64,000 nt of DNA from contig JAYWIR010000005.1 of assembly GCA_036172245.1 (NCBI GenBank), positions 4,898,001 through 4,962,000 on the forward strand, in the 5' to 3' direction. Source of the DNA: Raillietiella orientalis (lineage: Eukaryota). Made by a program: the position numbers and the translations under genes. The notes beneath the pieces were generated by a model. The model was not told where the DNA came from and made no database searches. It saw only the letters and a program-made list of their open reading frames with translations. How positions within the stretch are numbered: the first letter of the stretch is position 1; every line of letters begins with the position of its first letter. Positions 1-13,037 of the stretch are shown piece by piece.

Positions 1-248
1 TCTGTGCACTGCGTGTTCGTCTGGCCTTGCTCCACCTGATTTTTGCTTCCCCCCAAAATCAAAGTGGACCCTTACGGAAGATTGTGCGACCTTGTCATCC
101 ATAGCAGCAGGACATGAATCAACAGCTAAGGACCTTTCAGCATGGCTTCCAGAAGTGGCAGAGGCGTTCACGCATTCGAGTATGATCAGGAGGGGTAGGT
201 GTCTTGAAGGGGAGGTATGTGGTGGTTGTGGAAAATGCTTCGTACCGT

Positions 249-1910
249 CCTGAAAGATAGTGGCCCGCGGAAATTTCGTCGCTCTCGCAGATCAGCAGAG
301 AGCCAGACGGTAAAGAACGTTCGGGAAACTTCAAGACTGGGGTAACCTTGAACACGACAGACTCCTCAAGAAAGGGCGTGGAGCGGTTCGCTGTCGATCA
401 GCTAGGGGAAGCGAAGAAGACTTCGGAAACGAACCACGAACCGAACCATTCTGCGCCTGCAGGGCGCGGAAGACAATGCTCCGAAAGGTCCTCCTGCTAC
501 CCGGAAGTGCCGAAGGGATGCTGCCTCTGGAAAACGCGTAGCCTTAGAGTCGCAGCCAACGAGGGGATTCCTCTGTTGCCCCGCAAAGATTCTCGCTCCT
601 CCTTCTCCCCTTCCTCCCGACCGCTCTCAGCGAAAGATGAGGGATGACAGGTGAGATCAATTCCCGCCAGCCACCGTCCCAGATTTCTTCTTCCGCGGTG
701 GACGGAATTCCTTCACCCAGAGCGCCTCGGCGGAGGGTGCAGTTCCTCTCTACCCGGAACGTCTCTTACCGATATTTGGGCGACGTGCTGTCTCAGCCAT
801 CCTGTCTGCCTCCGAGGACTACCGCATCCTCGAGATGAATTACAGTGATGGTGCGCGCGCCGAAGTCCAACGAAGATGAATCACAGACGTCTCCTCGGAT
901 CCGGATGGCGTGACGGACGCCATTTCGCTCTTTCTTCAGGTCTGCCGCCGCACCGGTACTGACACGCGCCACCTGGAGTCCCGGTTTATTCCATCCGGAC
1001 TCCTTGCGGCTTTGTTGCGAGGGGAAACTTTCCTTTCCCTTCCCCTAGGTGTTTTCCCGGTTCGGGTCACCGGAAAAGACGAGAGGCATGCACGCACGTA
1101 CGGATGCACGAACGAACGAACGCACGCATGCACGCAAACACGCACGCGCTCGCTCGCTCGCTCGCTCGCTCGCGACACGCAGCACGGAAGTGAGATGGAA
1201 CGACGGGGCGTGGATTGCCGGGAAGACAGGGTGGGCGGAACTTATCTGGGTTGAGACTGGGGCAGCCTCCAAGAGGGAGCGGTTGAGGAAAAAGGTGCAG
1301 AGGAGGGGTTGCGTTGCGGAGAGCGGAGGAGCTTCAATCTTCGGGCGCTGTGTGGGGAGGCAGAAAGGAGTTGATCGGACAGGGTAGAAAAGAAGCTACT
1401 TCTCGCCCTTCTCAGGGACCAGGTCGCAGTGTTCCTCTTCACTGGAGACCTCCTCGTGTCCCCGGCGACCCTGGTTGACTCTTCCGTCTTGTGGAGGCGC
1501 CAGCTCGGGAAAGTCGGGGCCGCCGTTGCACCGCCGTCCTGCCGTCCCTTTCGAGACTGCCGCCCTCTTCACGCTGGGTTCGTCTGGAACGGAATCTCTG
1601 GACCTGGTCGCTTCGGGACTCAGGGTGGCCCGAATGAGGTGCCAAGAGGTCTCCTTGCCTGAGGCCTCCGCACCACTTGTCGTGGTGCCGGGGAAAACCA
1701 TACTTCCGGTCTGATGAAGTCCGAGGGCTTCCTCTAATCATCCCTCGAAGAAGCGACCGATCCCCGTGTGTTCCAGAAGCATCTCTCCAGCGCAAATGTT
1801 GGAGGTCACCACCGTGCGCGCTCGGAGGCAGCGGACGAGAGAAGCCGAAGGGGTTCTTTCACGCGTCTTTCTCACCTGCGACCGACCTTTGGGTTGGCTC
1901 GCTGGCTAAA
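249..1910 (+). mobile_element. Heavily decayed LINE ORF2 relic: RT followed by RNase H (I/Nimb-group-like architecture)
   Basis: Ordered motifs on +: PER*W (249-263, cf. PxxW); NFKTGVTL...KGVERFAVDQL (from 327, cf. NYRxIxL...KxxERxxxxQL); SYRYLGDVLS (764-793, cf. YKYLG); LIWVETG (1241-1261, cf. LxVExG); LVDSS...KVGAAV (1471-1527, cf. YTDGS...VGAA); TESLDL (cf. AELxAI); WVGSLAK (1890-1910). YLG-to-DGS spacing of about 700 nt fits RNase H-bearing LINEs. Frameshifts, stops and internal deletions present. Confidence 0.5.
1086..1173. repeat. Compound period-4 microsatellite (GCAC/GAAC/GCAT units followed by (GCTC)6)
   Basis: Read directly: gcat gcac gcac gtac ggat gcac gaac gaac gaac gcac ..., with (GCTC)6 at 1148-1171. 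Confidence 0.9.
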
Positions 1911-2370
1911 TAGGCGGCATGGACTCCATGCGAGTGGCTGTTGGAGCTGCTGAGAGTTTCGCCTCAAAATATTGTTCCTCCCTCTCTTGCCCCAGGGCGC
2001 TCATTCCCCCTCTCCCCCCCCCCCAAAAAAAAAAAAAATGAATAAATAAACAAGCAGTGCAGAAGTCGCGTTCCCACTTGAATTTCACAGGAGGGAGAGG
2101 GGCGGCGTACGACGTGCAGTTGGATCGGGGACGAGACCTGGAGAGATAAGGGGGAAGAGAGAGCCCATAAAAATCGAACGAAAATAAATAAATAATGCGG
2201 GTGGGAAGGGCCCACCAGGTTCCGGCCCTTTTCAACCTCGCTGCTCGAGTCCAGTAAGGCCATCCTCCCGCTCTCCGCAGCGCCCCACTCACCCGTCAGG
2301 AGGAAGATGGCCTCAGCTGCTCCTTCTCGACTCCGCGGGTGCAGTTCTAGGTGGCCTGGACTGCCACTGC

Positions 2371-3343
2371 GGTCTCTGACGGATCTTTAACAAAGATTGC
2401 TTCAATGGTGACGGTCATCTGAGAAAAGGCACTGTCACGCGGTCGCATCCCGCAGTCCACTAGGAGTCTGGGGGTGGACTCTCGCGATCCACACTTCCAG
2501 CAGTTCAGTGAAACTTTCCAGGACACGGCACGAAACAAAACTGCCCCTTTGAGCTTCTGGTTCCGAAGCTCTCTCAGAGATGGCTCTGCGCCTCGACGCG
2601 CAGAGCCATCTCTGAGAAGGTCGTCGTCTCCAGGTTAGCCCGGACTCAACTTGCTCTGGCCAAGAGTTCTTAACGAGAGGTCCTTCCGTTCTTAACGAGA
2701 GTCTTCTTGCAGAGGGGATCGCTTCTCTGCGGGTGCAAAGGAGGGGAGCCTCCCTAGGGAAGTGGTCCTGGCACGTCGCTCTCGCTGCTCCGACGGGCTT
2801 CGATTGCCGGAACCCTGGCCGCGGAGGAACCCGGGAAATGCACTTTTTCGCTGTGTGCAGGGACCGAACCTCGCGGGCACGAACCGCCTATACTCGGATC
2901 ACTGGTTCCGCAGACACTCTTGTGTGCCAACGACGTCGAAGAGAGAGGACGCAAAGCTCATCAGGACTTTGCGGGTGTCCCCCAAGACGTGACCCTATCT
3001 CCGGGTATAAGCCAAGAAGAGAGACGACGACGCTGCCCCTCTGCCCATCTTTCCAGGGTAAAACCGCGGCTTCCTGATCTCTCTCTTCTTGCTCCTCCTC
3101 CTTTCCTCTTCCTCCTCCGTCCCCGCCGAAAAGGAGGCAGGACTCGCAGCAAGGTGGAAGGAGACCCTTGCTCTCGTTCCCAAGCGCTGCAGCTCCTGAC
3201 AAGACCGTCGGGAGCAAAGAGAGTCGTCGGCCCAGGGGAGGAGGAAGAGGTCAATTCGGCACAGATTCCTCGCAGAGGCTCTGCACTGCCGCGTGTTCCG
3301 CTCGACTCGCAGCCCATGCCTGGGAGTTGGGTCCACGAAGGAT
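2371..3343 (+). mobile_element. Decayed LINE reverse-transcriptase core (domains about 0-7)
   Basis: Collinear motifs: G..DG (2371-2383); ISEKVVVSRL (EK at 2614, cf. KIFEKxVxxRL); VALAAPTGFDCRN (GFD 2796-2804, cf. VxLDxxKAFDxVN); EMHFFAV (2835, cf. KLxFYGI); GVPQDVTLSP (2974-3003, cf. GVPQGSxLSP); ALQLL and EVNSAQ; PCLGVGSTKD (3314-3343, cf. KYLGV). Spacings are near the RT norm; several frameshifts. Confidence 0.6.
2572..2617. repeat. Perfect 20-bp inverted repeat with 6-nt loop
   Basis: tctcagagatggctctgcgc (2572-2591), ctcgac, gcgcagagccatctctgaga (2598-2617); the arms are exact reverse complements. Confidence 0.95.
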
Positions 3344-4332
3344 GCTGCAGCTCCCGGACTTCGGAGCGCTCCCGGAACCTACTTCTGCTGGGAACAGAAG
3401 CGCTCTCGCCTTCTCCTCTACCCCATCCGCGCAAGAGGGGGGGGGGTCCCTGGGAGTCCCGGGCCGAAGATTCAGATGGGAGCTCGCGGCTTCGGAGTGG
3501 GAAGGCCTCACTTGGGAGAGGGCGGCCTTTGGGGATCTTCCGCCTCTCGCAGGACCTCCTCAGTTTAGCGTCCTGGCTTCTTTCGGGATGGAGCAGACCG
3601 CTCTCTTGGGTCTCCCGTCTCTCTGCTGCGCGACCTCTTGGTATCCCCTTCCGCGGCCAGGTACTCTACGTGCAGTTTCCCGCTGCAGGAGCGACGAGAG
3701 GGACGCGAGGGAGAACGCTCTTCGCGCCGATCCCCGAGAAAGGCCGAGCTGGATGCGCACGGAGGTCCGGGATGCGAGAGGGTAAGCTGAGGGCGCTAGG
3801 GAGGGGGCGGGCGAGGGGAAGAGCCACAGGTGCCTCGCGCTGGCGTGCCCAGCGCCCTCGGCAGGAACGAGAGTTCCCGCCGGAGGGAATGGGAGGGCGC
3901 ATCTGGGTGCGGTGGGACGCGCCGTTCCCTGTCCACTCTGCAGCCTACCCAGGTTGTCCCTCCTTCCCGGTGAGAGGGACGGGGGCGAGCCGCGACGTTT
4001 TACTTCCTCCCCTCCAAGCCCTATTTCCTTTCGTGGATTCTCCTTGGCACCCATTCTCTCCCTCGCTATTTTCCTCACTGGTCCCCTTTCCCCTCTCCAT
4101 TTTCCACGCTCGTCTACTTTTTCTTTCCCTGCCCCCTCCTCCTCCTGTTGCTTCCCGAGGGATCCGAGCGGCCTCCGCCTTCCCTGGCCCGTCCACTCCC
4201 TTCTCTCCTCCCCTGTAGAGCTCCCCGGAGCACGCGCGAGGAGCGAATTCTCCCGAGGGCCGAACTCCCATGGTTCCCGCCGTCGTGCTGGCGCGGAGGG
4301 TGAGGGGGAAGGAGAAGGGAAAGCGAGGTCCG

Positions 4333-4602
4333 TTCGGAAAGATGCTGGAGTTTCCCGTCATCCCTCGCAGGGGATCCATCCCAGAGCCCCGGATTCTTTT
4401 CGTTCCCAAGGAGATCGGTGTTGACTATCCCCCCCCTGGGTATTGCGCTCGTTCCCTCGCCATCCCCCTTCCGTCCCTATCACTGCGGTCACCGCGCTTC
4501 CGAGAGGGCTCGGTCGCGGGCTTCGCCCTCTCCTCTCCTCGCTTCGTCCTCTCCTCCCTTGGTTGGGTGGATCCACGCCCCAAAGTGGCGTCAAGAGCCT
4601 TC
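4333..4602 (+). mobile_element. Decayed LINE RT fragment (domains 1-3)
   Basis: Single frame of ORF 4270: FGKMLEFPVIP, ILFVPKEIGVDYPPPGYCARSL (cf. IxxIPKxGxxxxPxxYRPISL), then WVD...SRAF (cf. DxxKAF). Confidence 0.45.
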
Positions 4603-6596
4603 CGGGAGTAGGGTGAAGGAAACCCGCGTTGTTACTGCTGAAGGCCCCCAGTCCCGCATGTCCTTCCGGCCCCGGAAACTGCGGTTTCGGAGGACGGCGC
4701 ACTCACGCGCGTGCGCCGTCCTCCTAGGGGTTTCAAGGTGTATCGCTGCCCTCGGGTCCAAGAAGGAGGGGAGGGGAAGGAAGGAAGGTCCGGGGTTCAT
4801 TCGTACCCCGGGGTAGGGGGTGGGGACGGAAGGGGAACGTCCACCTATTCCCGTCCCGGTGGAAAGAAGGACGCCGGAACAGCGCGTGAACAATGGTTCT
4901 TCTCCTCCCTGTCCCTTAGAGCATCACTTTGAGGGGGGATGATGGGTCCGACAGGAAGGTGAGAAGGAGGAGAAATGGAGAAGGAGGAAAAGGAAGGGAA
5001 AGAGTCTATGCCTCGGCCGAGGCAGATGGTCGAGGAAGGAGCGGACCCTACGGGGGTATCTTTGCAGGGGTCAGCAGCCGCGCTGAAGGGGGCGAGTACT
5101 CTCTCACGGCCAGCCGCACCTCCCTCTCGTCTTGCCTCTTGTTCTGTTCGAGGGATGAGGGCGTGAAAGTTGGAAGGAGCTCCTCCTCTCCCTTCGCTTT
5201 CCTTCCTGCTCCCCCCTTTCCTATCCCACGACTTTTCCCTGTGCTCCCTCTGACCCTCCTTTGGAAATCGCCCAGGGGAAGGGCCCGCTTCTACTTCCTC
5301 CTTCGGGAGTCACTCCGCTCGCATCCTTGAAGGATGCGCAGGCGTCCTCCAGAGGAGGAAGGGAGCAGAAAGAGACTCCTCGTTGGCTTCTTCGGGACGG
5401 AAGAGGACTGTCACCCTCTGGGACGAGTCCTCCGAGGCGGCCTGTTTTTTCGAAAAGTCCGTCCGTCGCCGCGGGATCCAGCGGAGCTGTGCCGTTCGAG
5501 AACGGAAGATGGCCCTTCAACCCCCTCTCTCGCAACTACCCTCCGCCGCAATCCTTCCTCCCCGAGAACGTTAAGGAAAAATGCGGGAAGGAAGGGGTCG
5601 AGGGGGTCGACGCGCGGGTCGACTTCCCAGCGCGTCCCCGGGAAGGGAGTCTCATTTCCGTCGGTCCCCGGATTCCCGGATGCGCATGGAGGAGGAGGGA
5701 AGGAAGGCGAGGAGGAGGATGTGGCAGTGGACTGGGCTGGACAGCCGAGGGGGAGCGGAATCGTGGATCCTCCCGCACGTGATGTTCTTTGCGAACTAGA
5801 GCGCCGGGATGATCCGGAGAGACAGAAAGAGGGATGAGGCGAAGACGAGGAGGGGGAGGAAGCGATGGCGCTCCGGGGACGGAATTCCTTCCCGAAGAAG
5901 GGGCTTCGTTCCTGAGGCTGCATGCCAAGAGTGCGCCCTGGGGAAGAGGGTTGGGGTGGAGGGGACGGTTCTCCTCTCCTCTTCTTTCCGACGGTCCCTC
6001 AGCCCACCGTCTTCGAGGGTTCTTCGCCTCCGCGACTCCTTTTGCGAGCTCTGCCCCCCTCCCTTACGAGAATTCCGTTCCCCCCCTCCCGCCATGGACC
6101 TGGGGACGCGGTTCACCCTATGCTCATCTCCGAGACTACTGCTTGAGGATGCTTTTTTGGGTAGGAGGGAAAGGGGCTCAGAGGGAGAGAGCACCCCCAC
6201 TCCCCGATCGCCCCCTCCCGCGGCTTCCCTCGACCAGTGCAGGCGGAAGCCTGAGCAGCCCACTGGGAACGGAGCCCAGGATCCGGTATCCCAGGAACTA
6301 CGTCTGGACTCGGACGTATTAGCATGTCATTATCGCCTCAAAAAGCCCATCGCGTCCAAAGGTTCCGGTCCAGGAATTATGGCGGCGCAGCTTCCTTGGG
6401 CGCCTTCCCGTCCCTCTCGTCTAAAAATAGGAACCACCGTTTCCGTCCGTGATGGGAGCGATCGGAAGGGAGGGGGAGGAGGAAGTAGGCGGAAGGGGGG
6501 AGGAGAGACCCCTTCCTTTTGCGAGCGCTTCCCTTCCCCTTCTCCTCTTGCTGACTCCCGCGCGGCTTGCCGCGCGGACGGATCGTTCTGATCGAT

Positions 6597-6617
6597 GGGG
6601 GGGGGGGGGGGGGGGGG
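6597..6617 (+). repeat. G21 homopolymer in G-rich context (G-quadruplex-capable)
   Basis: 21 consecutive G followed by AGGGAAGGGG. Confidence 0.85.
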
Positions 6618-9600
6618 AGGGAAGGGGTCCAGAGGGCGTTCCTCCAATGGCTCTCCATAGATCCACTCTGGTCCAGAAGCGTTCATCACGCCCTCCGTCG
6701 TCGTCGCCAAAGAACCGCCGCCTCCTGGAAAGGAAAGGAGAGAGGGGCGGACGGGTCCTTGCTGTTCCTCCTGGCGCCCCCGATTCTCGCTGTCCCTCCC
6801 GACCGCGAGGAAAGGAGAGGAGAGGGAATGGGAGGAAGCCTCTCCTTAGCAGCAACGCCTCACAGCAGCCGGGAAGGCGGGAGGAGGGGGAAGGGCTGCG
6901 TAGGGGGTGAGGGCCTGTCTCCACTTTTCTCTCAGGACCCGCGCGCCGCTCTCTCTGCTTCATCCCAGATCCCCAGCGAGAAGGATGAGGCTCGAGGCTT
7001 CTCCGTATCTGATGCCCCCTAAGTCCTCGCGAAGAAAAAAATAATAATGGCGGGACTGATGACTTCCAGTCCTGGATAATGGGGGCAGTTGAATCCGGGA
7101 TCGCGAGCGATGACGTCAAGAGCAGGTGGAGAAGCTTTCACTTTCGCCGAAGTGGATCTTACGTTTGCGTGGTCCCCTCCCCTTTTCCTTCCCACCGCGA
7201 TTCCCGACAGAACTCATCGCTTCACGATGGGTTCTATCGGGAGAGAAGAAAAAGAAAAACAAACTTCACCCTGGAGAGCGATTTTCTCCTTACGGGGAGG
7301 CGACGGCAGCGCCGCAAGCGGTTTCCCTCGAAAGGCACGTGGGTTCTCGGCACGCGAGCACACTCCTCTCGCTGGTCACGTGACGGGGGCTTTTGGTGAG
7401 CTTGCCTGGTTCCTCTGGACGTTCGCCTCAAGGTGTGCGATCCAGGGGAGGGTGGAAGGGCGCGAGCAAGTAGGAGACTCTCAGCCTTTCAGAGGGCCAT
7501 CTTCCCGGAGCGGCAGTGACAGGAACCGGACTGTCGAACGTAAGGGGAGACACATTGGGTGGGCCCTCCTTCTTACGTGTGCTTGCCACGGGGAGGGTTT
7601 CGCCAACGCGTCTCGCTTCCTCCTCCCGCGCGCGCGAGCTGTGGCGGCGCTTCCTCGGGTCGGCCCGAGGCGCCCTCTGTCTTCCCTGCCCTCGACGACA
7701 GGCGAGGTGGGGGGCAGGTGGCCATCATTCAAGCAGGGGAGTGTCCCCGCGCACGGGGCTGGCGAAAGCTAGGGGAGCGATCCTGTGGAGCTTCTCCGGG
7801 AGCCAATCCTGGATCAGGACGATCCCCGGCATCCTCGACGGGCTGCCGTCACCCTCAGATGTCGTGGGAGGGGCAGCATTAATCTTCGCGTCTCCGGTGA
7901 GGGAAAGAGGGGGAGAAGGACCATCAAGCTGAGCACGAGGGGGGGCGATGGGATTCCGCCGCTCGAGACCCTTCCCTGCCGGGAAGAGCTCGCCTCCTTC
8001 CTCTTCCTCTGGAGGGCCGGGGCGGGCCCATGTCTGTCTCCCGCGAAGAAGTCGCTGGGAGGAGGGAACTTCCTTCCCCCTCCTGGGAGAATCGACTCTC
8101 CCACGGTGGGTGACAGAGCGCGGAGGCGAGCGAGGGCTCAAGGAGGCGCGGGAGGGGGGGCTTGCCCTTCAAGGGGGGTTTCCTCCTACCCGAAAGGGCC
8201 GTGAAGGCCACGTGTCCCTCCCTCTCTGCTGTCCATATGCCGTCCACACTTCTCACTCGCGCTCGCGCCGGCTGGGATCTGCCGAAGGGCGGATGCTCCC
8301 AATAGGGTGTCCCGATGACTCCCTGTCCGTCAGACGGTGGTTCTCTACAGTATTCCTCCTACTTTCCCGTCTTTTCGCCTCTTCGGCTCTCAGCCTTCTT
8401 TGGATGTGACGGGGTCTTCCTGACGATCGGAAACCCTGGAGGACACCGCCTCCGGCGCGGCCCCGTTTCCCGGGATCTCGTGCAGAGAAGATGCGCGTCT
8501 GAGACGATCTCGAGAGGGAGTCCGAGGGTGATTTTCTCCGCGTCCGCGTTAGAGGAGCCCCCCTTCACTACGCTGGAAAAGCAGGCGCCTGCATCCGAGA
8601 GCCACAGCAGGATCGCCCTCCTGTCCTCTCCAGGTGATCTCGGTGATGCCCTCGAGTAGTAGGTGGAGCCTTGACTCTCAGGGACGCTCCTTTTTGAAGG
8701 TCCGCTAGTCCCTTCTCCTCTTTCTCAGCACTTCCGCAGCGGCCCCCCCGGCTCTCCTGAAATGGACCGGGTAACGCGCGCAAGAGGCTCCAGAAAGGGA
8801 ACGCCTCCCTGGTCGAGGGTCCCGAAGCGAGGAGCGGCGGCGGCTCGGGGGGGGCGCAAGCGAGCCTGTCGGCCCCCTTAGCCAGGGCGATACCCTGAGA
8901 CAGCACCCCGTGGGAGCCACGCAGGAGGAGGACCCCAACGACCTTCTTTCTGGAACCTTTGGGCTGTTCCCGTCCCCAGCTAGGACTCCGCTCCCTTCCG
9001 ATGAATATGGTCGCTGCAGGACCGACCTACCCTTGAATTCCCGGTGCTTCTGCCGCGCTGCCTCCTCGGCTCACGGGGTACGGCGGAAGGAACTTTTTGG
9101 CAGGAGGCCACAAACTTCCGGGAAAGGCGGGAGGAGGAGCAGCTGAGCTCGCCGCCGCTTGCGGTTCCTAGTTCCTTCCGCAGCTCCCGAAGACTCCGGC
9201 GCAGCATGACATGGGGAGAGCAGGTCCACCTGCGCGACTTGATTTCGAGGGAAGTTCTCTGCGCACCACCGTGCTTCCCAAGTCCCGGGGAGGGGTGTCC
9301 TTCTGTAGCGGGGACCCCGCTGCGGGAGCTATCGGGTCCACACGGATTTCCGTGTCCCGGAAGCTGGACGAAGGCCGTGTGCTTTCCGGTGGTGCTTCTC
9401 GAGTAGGTTTGCTTTCTCAGGGACCGGACTTTGACTCGGAATGACTGCAATTAAAAAGGGGAAGAGGTCGCTTTTCGTTCCCGTCTCTGGAGGGAACGGC
9501 TGGTTCCTCCCAGTGTCGGCCGGCTGGAGGAGCCTCCTGGGACGGTTGCCCGTTCCTGCTTCCATCCCCGACCCAGAGGCCGACGTCCCTGCAAGATGTG

Positions 9601-12575
9601 TGGGAGTGGATTAGTGGAGGAGGGGGGGGGGGAAGGAACCCTTTACCTCCACCCATGATAACTCCTGGGGGTTGTTGCTCATTCTCGAAGCATGCAGCCA
9701 GGATACGCGACTTCCAAAACGCGACAGGGAGAAGATGATGCTGTGGTGGAGGGTCACCCGCCGAGTGCCTTCCTGTTCGGGTCGTCAAACGGGACGCGTC
9801 AGAGAGGTGGGTGCTCCTGCCGAGATCGGCGGCGAAACCCTCCAGATCTTCCTCCTGACAGATCATTCGCTCGCCTGCTTTCGTGTCCCTCGAAGGCACT
9901 TCCTCCTCGGAGGGAGAAAAATCTGAATCAGAAGAGAGGGTGCTTGGTGCTGTAATGCGCCTCGGGAGGAGCGAAGCTGTTTCCACCTGGAATGGCAGCA
10001 GGGAGCTCGAAACCGGGAAAGAGAGGGGGGTTGAACTGTTTCCTCCCTCTTGAACCTTCGCGTGTCGGTCGTCCCTTTTCCCTCCGCAGAAGCAGCAGCA
10101 CAAGACCGCCAACGGAACGGCGGCTACAGCCAGAGCGTTTCGCTTCGCCCTCGGTACCGTGGCGGAGTAAAGCCGGGACACTTGCTGGCCGTCCCTTCGG
10201 TTGCGAAGCTCCCTCTTCCCGGCTGCTCCCTCGCTACCTCCGACCGTCTACGAGCACGCCTCCAGGGCTGCCAAACAGCAAGAGGGAGAGCGTTACGAGG
10301 GGCACGCTGGGTGAGGATGCAATCCAATCCTCCACGCCGCCGTTCTGCCTGCCTTCGTGCTCTTCCGCCGCTTGGTGACGGTGGATTCACGGCGTCTTCG
10401 GACGACTCGGTCATTCGATCAGCATCCCACATCTGGCCCGTCATCTGGCTCTTCACGCAGCCGGCCGGCCAGCCAGCCGTGATGCAGGCCAAAAAAAAGA
10501 ATCCAATTCAAGGGCATGTCTTTGCATTTTCTCGGCCACATCTATAACAACGCCATCCAGGGATTTTTCTCGTTTCGTTCCGGAACACCTCGGAAGAAGC
10601 GGACTTCTTTTCCGGTGGCAGTGGACGGCGCTTCCATCCGTTCTTGGTAGGATGGATACACCTGCCATCTAAACGTCACGTGTGGCCTATATGCACTGCC
10701 TGCCGCAACGTTCATTTTAGATTCTTCTGAGAGCTACTTGCTGGGTTTCGGAGGCTGCTCACAGCGACCAGAGCCATCTGAAAACCGCGACCGATTCTTT
10801 CCTCTGTCCCGGTCAACTCAGCGTCTTCTCTGACGAAAGATTCTAGTCGCCTCTGGCCTTGGTTTCGTCAGAACTTGCGAGAGGATTAGCTGCCCCTTCC
10901 TGTGTGACTCCCCTTCGTGATGACACCCTGCCCCGTGAGCATGACGGTTCGAAATGCAATTAGCCTTGTGCTCTCCCTAAAAGTCTTCCTGGAGAGTCTT
11001 CGAGACCGCACGGTAGCCGGATCCTCCCTCGCAGACGACCGGTACGGAAGCTGAAGGTGCACCTTGTGCGGATGGAACGCCTGCAGGGATGCGGAACGCT
11101 AGCGGACGCTCCAGAGTCCCGTGCGACCGCGGGGAAGCGACGTCCTCCTTTTGTCTCTTACCCCATCCATCAGTTTCCCCCCTGGTGTGTTCCTCCTTCC
11201 GCAGGGGGACGGACGTTCGGCATCGACTGACACTCGAGAAGAAAACAAAGCAGCAATTGAGGGGAGGTCTGATCGCGACCTAGCAGGAAACTCGCCCAGT
11301 CTCATCAAGATTTCTGGGAGTCTTCGAGAACCGGCAAGAGAGAAAAGGATTCCTCCTTTTCCTCTTCTCCAGCAGCGCACGAACAGATCGACTGAGACAA
11401 AGTTTCCTTGAAGCCCCAGCTCGTACGAGATGGATTCGAATTCCGATCGGAAGCCTTTTTTTCCCTCTTCTTTTCCTCCCGCTCCCAGCGAACTAATGAT
11501 TAGAAACAGCGTAATAACGTTGCCTAGGATTGCTTCTCCACTTCCGAAGAGTCGCAGCAAGCGATCATATCATCCAGGATTCGGCTGCTCCATATAATGT
11601 GCGTTTCCCACGAATGGAGGTGCCTTCGAATACGTGCGTGCAAATGACGATCGAAACACGGCGGTCGGGAAGCGCGCGCGCACACACGGGGAAACACAAC
11701 GCGTGTTTCCTTCTGGCCCCCGCTGATGCTGCCCAAAGCTGAAGTAAACTCGGATAATAAACAATCGCTTTCTGCCCGAGACAGCTGTAATTACAACTAA
11801 TAAAATTAATGATGCACCTCTTGGAAACGTTGTTCAGAAATTGCCAGACGACCACAGCTCTAGACCTGGAATGAGATCAACTGCGACGTATCTCGTGAGG
11901 CTGCAAGAGTGAGGCGACTCTCTGTGAACAGGATACCGCCACAGGACATTAATTATTGACCTCCCCAGCATGAAGGTGCACGGGATCTGCTGATTCACTC
12001 AATGATTTGATGAATTTCCCATCTTTTTTCCAGCTCCGAGGTAAACATGCCAACGGAGAGCTCATAATTCGATCAGCAGAAACAGTCGTGGGAGAAAGAT
12101 GCGCGCTCCGGGAAACATAATCCGAAGAGAATCTCCTGCTGAGACTGAAAAGAACAAAAAAAAATGTTGATCTGCGAAGAACCTTCAGCTACCGAACCTT
12201 CGTGAATTTTTTGGATGAGGAGTGAAGCCAGGCGGGTGAAATTATCTGCAAGCGTCCAAGAAAGTTGGTTTGATTTCCTGGGATCGCGCTGCGAAGGAAA
12301 GCTGATCTGGTCCAGATCCAAACTCGATTCATCACACCCGATGTCTCCTTCCCGAATGAGAACTCTCCAGCAGCATGAAAGAGGCGCAACAAGGGGAAGG
12401 AGACCGAAGAGAGGAAACTGTCCCTCTTCGCGCAGCCAGCGGAGAAAAGAGAGGCAGTGGTCGCACATCTCTAGAATTTGAAGAACAGCGAAGCGCTCCA
12501 AGAACTCGGGGTCCTCCGCGCTCTAGCAGAAAACAGGAAGAAGGGAACAATGAGAGCTCAATGTCCAGCGCAGCA

Positions 12576-12854
12576 ATTATTGGGGGAACAGACCTTGGAT
12601 CGCCGCCAGAGGGGATGAACGACTGTCAGACGGGCATCAGAAGGGTAATAGGATGCTAGAAAATCGTGGTGAATCTCCCCCAACATTTCTTGCGTGCTCT
12701 GAAATTGAAGGAGTTTCTTCCATGCCGATGCACGTGAGGATGCGTCAGGTTGAGGATATTGTCGGTGAAAGCCATGGATGCTGGATGGATAAACATTTTT
12801 CTTGAGGCTCCTTGGAAAGTTGGTGGATGGTCCGATTCATCTATCGTAACCTTC
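12576..12854 (+). mobile_element. Decayed LINE AP-endonuclease fragment
   Basis: IIGGTDL (12576, cf. IIxGDFN); QTGIR then frameshift to GNRMLE (cf. TxxRGxxLxE); DIVGES; WKVGGWSDSSIVTF (12813-12854, cf. WxV...SDHxxIxF). Confidence 0.5.
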
Positions 12855-12996
12855 GTCCAAGAGGCCGTCTTTTTCTCGAAAAAAACTTTGCCTGTTTAGT
12901 GATCTTATCGGAAGACAAAACTCTGGTCCTGTGACTCTCCTCATCTTAAGCCATGCTAGTCGGATGCTTTCTCTCAGCATCTAGTAATTATTTCTG

Positions 12997-13003
<7 letters not shown>

Positions 13004-13033
<30 letters not shown>
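13004..13033. repeat. (AG)15 microsatellite
   Basis: Read directly. Confidence 0.95.

Positions 13034-13037
<4 letters not shown>

Noticed and set aside
1185..1198. 14-bp CGGAAGTGAGATGG shared with 24989-25002 (ETS-like core)
   Set aside because: A few exact matches of this length are expected by chance in a 64-kb self-comparison.
2920..4218. Longest ORF (432 aa) as a protein-coding gene
   Set aside because: GTG start, R/P/G/S-rich composition typical of GC-rich non-coding frames, and overlapping ORFs in other frames. Its start carries RT relic motifs that then shift frame.
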